A DNA stretch of 64,000 bases from the NCBI GenBank assembly GCA_977020255.1, contig CDROCS010002076.1:1-64000 (forward strand). The letters run 5' to 3'. Numbering within the stretch: position 1 is the first letter of the stretch; every line of letters begins with the position of its first letter. Positions 22,101-34,100 of the stretch are shown here, piece after piece. A program made the position numbers and the translations under genes. The notes under the pieces are model-generated. The model did not search any database, had not been told where the DNA came from, and saw only the letters and a program-made list of their open reading frames with translations. Origin of the DNA: Obrimoposthia wandeli. Lineage: Eukaryota.

Positions 22101-25100
22101 TACAAATTATAAATTATTATTACATCTTCTTTTTCAATCTTTCACACCAATTTGCATCAAATCCTTCAATAAATTGTATTCCCTTCAACTTGCAAACTTC
22201 TATTTTGGTTAATCCGCTTTTCTCTCCTCCACCATGATCCAAATAAATATTTTTGAAACTATCTTTGAAAATAGATTCATTTTGCAACAATTTACATACG
22301 AAATGTGTCTTTCCACTTCCACTGGGACCAACTATTTGAAATACAGCATTATTATTTAGCTCCATTGCATATACTCTTTCATTTTTAATATTGTTTATAT
22401 TATCATAGAAGTTTCCTTATTGAAATGTACAATGTTAGAGCTTTATTGAAACTTTGTTTGAAGGCTATGTTAGTTTGAACCCAGTTAATGAATATTTAGC
22501 TATAATTTTATTTATTTGTGTACGATTTCTAAATTCTCGAATAACGTGTGATCTAACCAATATTTTAATGTTATCTCTTGTTATATCATTATTTTTTAAT
22601 TCTGATAAAATTTCTTTACCCCTAATTTTTTCAGAAAATATTTCGTCGGCAAGATTATCCACTTCATTGTCTCTATTTATAGTATTATTCATTTGAAACA
22701 ATAAGTTTAAACGGGTATGTTTATAGAAAAGATAACAAGATGTAATAAGATATATTTTCTAAAATCAAATAAACAATGTCTGGATAATCAAAATTTTTCA
22801 ATCCCAATATCATAACTTTACCACTGGAAAATATATTTACACATAGCGGTTTAAATTTCAAATAACTGAGAGCAGGAAAAATTTCTGGTTCAAACATGCA
22901 TTCTTCTTTCATTTACTCTGCAGTTTTAATTGTTTATTTGTTTAATTGTTTCCCAAGATTAGCCGAAATCGTGATTGATTGTATTGCAGTGATTTGAATT
23001 CCAAATGGTAAATTGAACCCAAGCATTGGTATTTTGCATCCCATAACACGATAATTTCCTAAAAGAATTCAATATGAAAATAAAATAATAAAACTAACCT
23101 GTGGGAAAAATAACAACTGTAAAATTGTCAAACGTTTCCACATATTGTCTCGGCTTCCATTCATTGAATGGTAAGTACGAAACATCATCTTCTGTTCTAC
23201 CTTTATAATTTATATTTACGAGTTTCATTAGACTATAATTGTATTCTGTAAAATCTTCTTTATATATGTCTGAACCTGCTTTTTTATTGCACGTTTCTTG
23301 TAATTATCTTGCAAACCTATTATAATTGGATGATATAGTTTGGAGTTTGGAATCATTTTAAGAGAAATGAAGATGAAGCAATGTTGCAAAATTACCCACA
23401 TAGGATTACGTACAAAGTATTCCCCACAACACCCTTGTTGAATCATTTCAAATTAAACATTACTGACTTTTCGTGGAATTCGCTCGAATGATGAATATGT
23501 CAACCAATGAGGCAATTAAAATTAGAACTTTATACTACTAACACAAATATTCTACAAAAATATACACTTGTTTTAATATAAACCCTCAAAATCTCCTATA
23601 CTCTCTTAGCAAATAATCGGTATTCGTGATTATTCGAATATAAAAAATTATGAATAGTGTAAAACCCAATTTAGCGCATAGAAGGAAAAAAATTGAGTAA
23701 ATATGATCATAATTAAACTAATATTTTTAATAGACTTTTAATTCTTTTCACACGGGAAACATTAAATATGCTTATTCTGATTGAAGGTATTAAAAGCTCA
23801 GATGAAGTTTCGAGTATTTGTCATAGTTTTATTTTGATTGTAAAATGAAACATTGTTTGAAGGCTATGTTAGTTTGAACCCAGTATCAAATCATAAAATA
23901 CACAGTGAACATCGGATAAACGGATACTTCCCCGACTGGGTAAAAGTGCCAATTGGGACTTTCACCAGTGCTAATATCATTATCAAAGTTAACATGTTCA
24001 GCAACAGAAACAGTTGGATCAATTTCATAAATAATTCTAGTCAGCTCATCATCTTTAATCCATTGATTTACCAGGAAATTTCCGATAATTCAAAATAAAT
24101 ACAATATTAAATTCCCTCGATAAACCTAAATAATCATTTTATGAAATGTCCTGTTTACTGAGGCAATGTTACATAGCACATGCTTGTGGAAATGTCGGGA
24201 GAGACGAGGTAACATGTTAATGAAAGAAGCATCTGTTAATGCGAGATTTCCCCGTAGGTGTGAGGCACTCCAATTTTCCTGATGTTGCAGCCGAGTTGAG
24301 GGAAAGAAAGACAAAGCTTTAAAGTAATTTAAAATAAAGTTTTACATTGTGTTTTTTAAGTAATTTACAAAATTTTGGGGATTTCATATTTTCTAAAATG
24401 GGTTTAAATTTAATGTATGTTGCATTATTTTATGCTATTCATTAAATACTATACTTAAGGATATTTCCTCTGCCTCAAAGTAAAGTAAGTGCTCTGTTGT
24501 ATTTTCCCACATTATCTGTTTTTCTTTAAAGTTTCTGTCCAGTGAAAATTGTCAACTGCTGTAAAAGTTGATCTTAATCTTCAAACTGTAATTATAGCAA
24601 CAGTAATATGAAATAATATGAACATATATATGAGAAAATTGGTTTTAATACTACTCCTCCTGCGCTACTTAATAATAAAACAAAATTTTCACGTTCATTA
24701 TATTACATCATACAGGTGTCCTATTTACTAATGTTTTTTTAAAAATTATTCAATGTTAACTTAAGATAGAATAATAAAACTGGACCATACGTTTACATAT
24801 ATATTTTACTAATATATATTAAAAATAAATTCCAAAAATGGCTGCCTTTTGCTTTCACCATAGCCTCTCCGTGTAAACTATATCACAAGATTCTGCCGCA
24901 CCACCTCCCCCATCAAACTTGGACCATGTTAAGAAGGGCTTCTTTTTAGAGCAGCTACATTTGAGTATGATTTAGAGGAAACATTGCTCTCTAAGATAGA
25001 CCAAATAGAAAAGTCCATCATTGGGTTAATGTCTGACTTGAGGGAGGCCATACGTTCTTGTCCCAGAATTCAGAAAAATGATCTTACAATCTGATTTGGT

Positions 25101-28100
25101 CAAATTAGACGCGAGCCGGTGGCACCATCTTGAGTAAATACATAATGCTCTCCAAATGTGTTAGTAATCCAAGGTAACACTTTTTCATCCAAAATTTTGA
25201 TGCATTAGTGTTCAACACTCTTAACACCTTCATCGATTATCAGAGGGACTTAGACCCCTATCAGAAGCAACTGCAGCCCACACCATGACTCCAGCTGGTT
25301 TCTGTCGCTTCGGTGTTCTGCTACCTTCGGAAAATCTGTAGAATGACGTGCGTGTTGCTAGTAAAACGAAACAATAAGGATGTGTAGCAACATATACTCC
25401 ATGCAAGTTAAAAATCTTGAAGATTTTGATCTAATTTATAATCGTTTTATAATATTTTTTAACATGGGTAATTCGTTATGGGACAACCTGTAGATTATTC
25501 CATCAATTTATCCGTTTGAACAATTTTTTTATAGCTCCTTCGAATGGAGAAAATATGACTACTTTGGAATAAATATAATTTTTCCTATTATTTGACAAAA
25601 ATAAATGAAATAAATTGATTATTAAACAAATCTTTTTCGGAAATTGTATTTATTCAAGAAATTTCTGTAACATGTAAGTCATCAATACGTCGTCTAGATG
25701 AGAATTCGACCAGTATATTTGCATTGATTGATTTAAAAATATTGCATTTGGCTTACCTAATTTATATTGAAATGCTGGGCCAAAAATATAAGCCAGTAAA
25801 AATATGTTCACAATTATTCAAATTAAATAATTTGTAAGAGATTTAAAATACAATTTAGAATCTACTATGAGACATAATATCTTAGTTTCAATATCAATTT
25901 ATTTTTCAGGCAAAATCTCTATTTGTTTTTGAAAAATAGGCTTAAGTAAACAAAGACGTATTTTTTTATTTATTTACATTGACAAAAAGTGGCTTATAAT
26001 TTTTAAAATTTACAATTATTTGTAATTAATAATTTTATAAATACACTGATTATTTTTTTAAATAATTTGGTTTCTTGAATGTGTGATTTACATTTTCTTG
26101 CTAATTTTTTTTAGATTTATGGAAATGTGGAAATGGTTTAACAGAAGAAGAGAAGTGTAACATTGACCGTTATAATAATGAAGGGCTGAATCCATCTCAG
26201 ATTGCAGAAAAGTTGAAAGAAGTAGAGGTGTTGTTAGAAACAGCCTAGAGCTCTAAAACAAGTGGGCAATTGGGCTGTCCTAGGTCATTAGATCTGTGAG
26301 ATTATTATGCAGAAAAGTTTCTAATTTACTAAAAGCTCAGCTCAGTTAAAATCCAACTTAAAACTCCAAGCTGTTCCTCTCTCGAACAATAAGACGCAGA
26401 TTATCCGATAACCCAAATCTTGTATTTAAAAATGATATCAAAACCAAATTTGACATCCAGGCACATTGAAAGACGACTTCTGCTTCGTTAGAAATAATCT
26501 TAATTGTCAAGAATCATGTTTCTCCGATGAAAAAGATTCAATCTGATGGTCCAGATGAAGTCTGGGCAGCTATTGGCACGACAAAAGAATGCCTCTTATG
26601 TCAAAAATTAGAAGACAGTGTAAAGGCGGTGGTATCATGATTTGGGGTGGATTTTCGAAAGAAGGGTTAACTAGTTTATCATTCATAAATGTTAGGATGA
26701 ACTCTGAAAAATACCAAGAAGTTTTGACAGACCATCTTCTACCTTATACGCAAAAATTTGATATTTTTCAACAGGATAATGCGAGTGTACATGCTTCAAT
26801 CCACTAGAACATGGTTAGCCGAAAACAATATCAATATTTTAGACTGGCCAGCATGTAGTCCTGATTTAAATCCAATAGAAAATCTTTGGGGCATTATGGT
26901 TAGAGATGTTTATGCAGATTCAAAACAATATGCATCTGTTAATGAACTGAAAACTGGCGTTTTAAGAGCCTGGGAGAAAATAGGACAAAACACAATTGAT
27001 ACACTAATTCATTCAATGCCTAATAGGATTTTTGAATTAATTTTAAAGAAAGGAGCAAGCACGCATTATTAGATTTTGTAATTTGTAATTATTTATTTAT
27101 TAAAATATCATAAATTAATTAAGTGGCTTATATTTTGTCCAATATAAATAAACTAAATTTTGTTAGTTTTTTATATTTTTGATGATAAAATTTAAATTAA
27201 TTATCAAAATTTCTAAAAAATAAAAATATTAAATTAATAAATGTAATAATAATTATGTTATTCAATATCACTTCGATTCTACTATTATTTATTTCCTTTT
27301 TTTACAAAAAACATGAATAAAATATACTGGCTTATATTTTGTTCAGCACTGTATAATCAAATGTCAGCTCCTAATATTCATTGGATTTGACATCCTCAAT
27401 ACATTGTACAATTAGAGGTTGAAACATTGACTTCTTTGAATTTATCTTCTTAGAATGATTTTTATTAAATTTACGGTGTAAATCAATAAAATGTCTCTTA
27501 CTGTACTTAACATTTACATTACATAACTATGCTAAAAATAATTAACTAACAAGTATTATTTGCTTGACAGTATTGTACATCACCAAATCCTTTAGAACAT
27601 TCATTCTTAAATTCAGTAATATTATCACCATACATTTTTTTTGAAGCTTTAGGCATTGACATTTAATTTAAATTCACAATATTTAAAGAAACAAAAAATA
27701 AAAGCTTTACTATAAATTGCAGAAATAGAATTCAAATAACAAAATAGATATTGAAAAAAGTTAACATAATTTAATTTAATAAAATTAATTTATTTAACTT
27801 GGGTTGCTCAAATGCTGATGAATTACGTAAATATGTTGGAAATAAACACAATATAGCAGTAGTAAAACTAGTTTTTATTTATATACACCAATTTAATTAT
27901 AGTTATACATGTATTACTCTCCTGTTGAATATTCAGCATTTTCGAAAAAATAATCAAAATTATTTATACCATATTAAACAGCATATTAAATTTTATGGTC
28001 ATAATATTCGATATAAAAAGTTGTTAAATTTTCGTAACCTATTTGATGGCATATTTTCTTATTTATATTGTATGTATATCCCGAAGAGTAATTTTGATAT

Positions 28101-31100
28101 CACATGTGTTGTAATTTTTGGTGCAAAATATATATGCAAATATAGCGCTGTTCAACAGTCAACTAAAAATAAACGTGTTTTATAATGTTGCGTTAATGGA
28201 ACTTGGGAGGCAAATGGGTTAATTTATTTTACTAGATTAGATATCAGAATTCAAAATTATATTATTTTCTTACCATAAATGTTTTTCTCTTTAATCCGTC
28301 TATAATGATATAAATTAAGCAAACAAAATTGTAATTTATTTTGTTTTAAAATGTGTTTAATAAAATTTGAGATTAGTTTAAAACGAAATTAAATAATGCA
28401 GGTTAATAATAAATAAGTCACATTATTTTTTAGCCAGTTTATAATTTTAATACAAATTTATGTAACATCAGTTTTATTATTAAATTTAAAATGAAAGTTT
28501 TAAAAACTTGAATAAGTCATTTGAAACCATTTCATAATTCTGAATTACTAATTACTAAAACTTTAAATTAAATTTAAAATAAGTTTACTTTAAAAAAATT
28601 AATGATTTTATTTTACATGTTTTCGGCTTTAATCGTGATATTTGAAGTATGAAGTATTTTCTTACCATAAATGTTTTTCTCTTTAATCCGTCTATAATGA
28701 TATAAATTAAGCAAACAAAATTGTAATTTATTTTGTTTTAAAATGTGTTTAATAAAATTTGAGATTAGTTTAAAACGAAATTAAATAATGCAGGTTAATA
28801 ATAAATAAGTCACATTATTTTTTAGCCAGTTTATAATTTTAATACAAATTTATGTAACATCAGTTTTATTATTAAATTTAAAATGAAAGTTTTAAAAACT
28901 TGAATAAGTCATTTGAAACCATTTCATAATTCTGAATTACTAATTACTAAAACTTTAAATTAAATTTAAAATAAGTTTACTTTAAAAAAATTAATGATTT
29001 TATTTTACATGTTTTCGGCTTTAATCGTGATATTTGAGCTATGAAATACATGTTTTCTTACTATAAATGTTTTTCTTTTAATCCGTCTATAATGATATAA
29101 ATTAAGCAAATAAAATTGTAATTTATTTTGTTTTAAAAATGTGTTTAATAAAATTTGAGATTAGTTTAAAAACGAAATTAAATAATGCAGGTTAATAATA
29201 AAATAAGTCGCTATTATTTTTTAGCCAGTTTATAATTTTAATACAAATTTATGTAACATCAGTTTTATTATTAAATTTAAAATGAAAGTTTTAAAAACTT
29301 GAATAAGTCATTTGAAACCATTTCATAATTCTGAATTACTAATTACTAAAACTTTAAATTAAATTTAAAATAAGTTTACTTTAAAAAAATTAATGATTTT
29401 ATTTTACATGTTTTCGGCTTTAATCGTGATATTTGAAGTATGAAGTATTTTCTTACCATAAATGTTTTTCTCTTTAATCCGTCTATAATGATATAAATTA
29501 AGCAAACAAAATTGTAATTTATTTTGTTTTAAAATGTGTTTAATAAAATTTGAGATTAGTTTAAAACGAAATTAAATAATGCAGGTTAATAATAAATAAG
29601 TCACATTATTTTTTAGCCAGTTTATAATTTTAATACAAATTTATGTAACATCAGTTTTATTATTAAATTTAAAATGAAAGTTTTAAAAACTTGAATAAGT
29701 CATTTGAAACCATTTCATAATTCTGAATTACTAATTACTAAAACTTTAAATTAAATTTAAAATAAGTTTACTTTAAAAAAATTAATGATTTTATTTTACA
29801 TGTTTTCGGCTTTAATCGTGATATTTGAAGTATGAAATAAGGTATTATAAGGACTGAAATGTATTTGAATGTAAACAGGTCAAACGTATTTAAAATAAAT
29901 TCATCAAAACGTTTTAAGTGGTATAATATGACTAAAATTAGCGCACATTTAGGTGGCGAGGTTGGTAGATGTTTCAACTTTTCTTTATAAGATAAATTGA
30001 AATAAACTTATGTCCATCACACCAAAATATTATTCTGCTTTTGGTGATATGATGAGAAAAAATGGACCTTGTTCGAAAGAAGAGTAAACCATTGACATGC
30101 GTGAGAGCAGTTGTTTCGGAAATCGGGTTAGGGTAAACAACAGTTCACAAAGTACAGCCAACCTCTATAATAAACACATGAAGAATTTTTTGTTCATAAT
30201 AAAAAATAAATTAAACAATTATATAATATTTGATAAATTTTAAGATTAAAATAAAATAAAACAAACTATTTTCTAATCTTACAGGATATATAGGAACATT
30301 ATCGAATATTAAAATAATGTTTATATTCTCTTTTTCTAATTGTTCATTAACTTTATTGAACTTTTTACAGAAAATATTCAAGTTTATTTATAATTTCTTT
30401 TACTTAAGCTGTCATTAGTCGTTCTCGTTTTAGACCATTTCTGTTAATACGCAATAATAAAGTCATACGTTATTGGGATAATTTGTAATTTCTATTATCA
30501 GAGTGTTTTATGATAGGCATTCTTTTAGGAGAACATTTAAAAATTTCCCAATTTTGTATTAGGTATGGAAATTTTCTTGGGCATATTATTCTAATTTAGA
30601 CTTGTTAACATCTTTGAAGCACTCAAATTTTGAATCATTTATTAGACTTTCTTCTCCAGCAATTGTTTTTCTACTCATTTTGTGTCTTACCTAAATCCCA
30701 ACAACCAACCATTTAGTCGGGTTTTATTTACCTATGCTTGGCTGTATATGCAGAATCTTTATACCGCTGTGCGAATGTCAGCTATCCTATCATCATTACT
30801 GTGCTGTTACCCATACAGATTGGACCTGAAGCTGTACGATATGGTGAAGACCGATGATGATGTGGGACCGGTGATCAGCGCTGTCGAGCAATGCAAATGT
30901 GACAATGTTACCACTGGCAATCACTGTGAGGTGAATAAGCATTTCTCACTTCTTCACTCAGTACCTCACTCTTTCACTCCTTCACTCCCTCCTTCCGTTA
31001 CTCCCTCACTCACTATTTCACTACCTTTCTCCATCCCTCTCTCACGCACCCACTAACGCACTCACTCATTCACTACTTCCCTTATTCACTCACTCTTTAT

Positions 31101-34100
31101 CTCCCTTTCTCCCTCACACACTCACTCCTTCACTCACTCCCTCTCTTACTCCCTCACTCTTTCGTTCCTTCACTATCTCCTTCACTCACTCTCTCCCTTA
31201 CTCTTTCTCTCACTCACTCTTTCATTCCCTTTCTCCCTTCTTCTCTCACGCACCCACTAACGCACTCACTAACTCTCTCGTTAACTCACTCACACATTTT
31301 CCTCCATCCAGAAACCTATCCCGGGTTTCTTCCGTGAAGTCATTGACCAAGACGCCGATAAAAAATCTTTGTGGAATTGGACGCTCATCGTCAACATCAA
31401 CACCAGAAAAAGACCTGACGTACGACCTTGCCAGTGTAACGGTCACTCCACCACGTGCAACCCTGAAAATGGATACTGTCTGAACTGTGCTGAGCACACA
31501 ACTGGCTCCGCCTGCCATCTCTGTGCACCCGGTTTCTATGGTGACCCTCGCAACAGCGGCATCTGTCTCCCATGCCAATGCCCTCTCACCACAAACAAGT
31601 ACGTCACATGAATATTTTCAATTCACAATCAATTCCGTGAACAATTTTTAAAAACTAATCCTACTAAATTTCGCTGCTTCATGATATATAGATACACCGA
31701 AAATCACGACATAGAACGTATACCAATGTATTACTTTTCTAAACTCCGAAATTGCCATTTGAGTTTTAAATTAAATTAAAAAAATACGACTAATAAGGGA
31801 ACCTTCTTAATTGATAATCACAGTTTGATTTGAAATTTATAACAAATACATATTAAAATTTTCGAAAACTCTTGTTATAATTTTAATCGGTGAGCGCAGG
31901 TCTCGAGTTTTCACTGTAAAACATATTAGTCTAAATTAAAACCACATGGTTAAATAGATAATTTAGATATACATATACAAATATCTTTATAAATAGGCAC
32001 ATTTAAACTGTAAAATGCTCAGAAACCATTCTGTCCGACTAGCTCATTCCAATAAAACTATTTGCACTTGATATTTCACAAAACATACGGAATATTCTAT
32101 TCCAACGGCGGTTCTAACCTTAACTTAACCAAAAATTAAATATATTTTAAGATTTTTGATCATATAGATAGGAGACAATATATTTTTAATTGAAATATGT
32201 TTGATACTACTGGTATATTTTTAGAATTTATTTGCTTAAAATTTCTTTTGACGGATTTGAACTTTAAGAAGGTGGCTTCATCCATCAAAATACAAAGCAA
32301 ACTATACGATGATTTTAAAAATTAAATCTTTTTTTTAATAAATTTTAAAATCAAATTAAGATATCGACTTTTATCCCTGTTACAATTTAAAGTAGTTGGA
32401 GATACCTTTATCACTGCTAAAGTTGTAGAATTAAATACAGTAATTTTCTAATATTATATTTTAATTTTTATCTTATGTTCAAATTGTTGGATTTATTAGT
32501 TCAATTACTGATGTGGGAATCAGTCTAGACTATTTGATCGATGATCGAACATATTATCAATTAACAGTGAAGCATTTTGTTGATAAGGACGTAAGCTTTT
32601 GATTATGTGATTCATTTTTTTATCTGAGTTCTAGATAAAATTTATGCAAGGTTTCAGTCTCAATTACATTTATATTGTATGGTCTTAATATTAATACTGA
32701 CAAGTTCTGTTGCCATTCAATCGTTCCAAAGATCCAACTGGTATCGGGTTCCAGTAAAAACTCATAGTTTTTACTTAGTTCGTCGACCGGATTTTGTGTT
32801 GATTGAATATATCGTATTTTTACCTTTTGTAATGGTGCTTGTCACTGGGTAGCTATTAGTATCCACCAGTTTCTCCTTGCTGAATCTCTTTTATTTTTTT
32901 CCATGAAAACTGAAGGTCGATTGTCACACAATATGGTATCGAATTAACATTGGCCACGACTTGGATGGACTTTGATGAATGAAATCAGGTCGCCACCTCA
33001 TTCCTCAAGGTTGCTTGAGCGATCTTTACGGATTAGAATGATGTTTGTAAATTTGGGTGATTTGTTAGACTTGCAGAGCTTGTTATCCGCGCGATGTCAA
33101 TCTGGCATATGCAAAATCTTTCCTCAACCTCTAACAAAGCTCGAAGTGACTGAAAGTTATTGTTATTTTTAGGTTAATTGATTAATAAAAGAAATGCTTG
33201 GTTTATGGTTGTTGTTGAATAATTAAGATGTTGATGAAGCGAAAGAAATAGAACAAATACGATAATTTGGATTTTTGTCACGCATTTTATATTCAATTTG
33301 TCAGTTTTGTCAATTTTACGAGCTTGGTACCTATCTTATCATCGATGAACATGATTTGTAATGATTCTATGCTTCTTTAAATTTCACATATCATCTTTCT
33401 GAGTAACCCAGTAATGTGCTTTGCCCTTAAAGCAGGCCCAAAAATAAAACATTTTTATCTAAATGTTTTAAAAACTCGTAGTAAAGTACGTTAGTGAGGG
33501 ATATGCGTCTTCTAAGACAAAGCCTTATCAGATGACGTCATCGATGGGTCATGGTATTTCTTCTCTGAGAACAAAAGGTAATTGCTAGGAAAATGACTCA
33601 TTGAGGGTAGGGTTTTGTCCTAGAAGACGCATATCGCCCTACTTACGTTGTACCAACTTAGTTTTTAGCATCTCCTAAAGAAATACCAATGAGTTGCATC
33701 AATGTTATTCCACTGAGGAGAGGGCACGTAGACAGACGGCCTAAATTACCTTCAGATTCGAGGAATTCAGTGGATTCCTATTTACAAGTTCTATAAATCT
33801 AAGAACTTATGAGCTAGAGGCTTCCATAAGTAGTGAACTAAATACTGCTGCAATACAACGTATTAAGCAAAATATATTAAATACCAAAAATTTAACAATC
33901 CTTTTCATGAAACTTTACTTAGATACAGGAAGCTGTCTTCGCTTGAACTTTTGACTGTTATGAATAAAAATTTGAAAAAAAATATTTAGGACCTTTAATC
34001 AAATTTCGAAGATCAATTATTTAAATAAACTATTCCATTTGATCTGTTCCAATGAATGAAGCAAGTGTTGATAAAATATTAAAGCACTATTTCAACATTA

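Larger units (their letters stand above)
14795..23500 (+). mobile_element. Polinton/Maverick element copy 2 (internally deleted; right end not found; end coordinate approximate)
   Basis: Starts AGTAGGTGGATGTGTCCGGTCTAATCCACA, 1 mismatch in 30 nt to the copy 1 terminus; pPolB on + facing PRO, MCP, mCP, INT and ATPase on -; no matching right TIR or TSD seen. Confidence 0.92.

Noticed and set aside
22721-23228. Alternative genetic code (TAA/TAG read as sense) to explain in-frame stops in Polinton genes
   Set aside because: The same genes also carry frameshifts, and about 1015 codons of host laminin contain no internal TAA/TAG; decay is the simpler explanation
23895-24320. Nested gene or pogo C-terminal fragment on the minus strand
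   Set aside because: Only a weak HVNFDNDISTGE resemblance, and frames and splice sites do not connect
27799-28185. 128-aa ORF
   Set aside because: AT-rich I/N/K/Y-biased translation with no motif; likely chance or a degraded TE
31246-31578. 110-aa minus-strand ORF (and similar antisense ORFs at 5349, 6265, 18009, 20237, 38517)
   Set aside because: Antisense shadows of real coding exons
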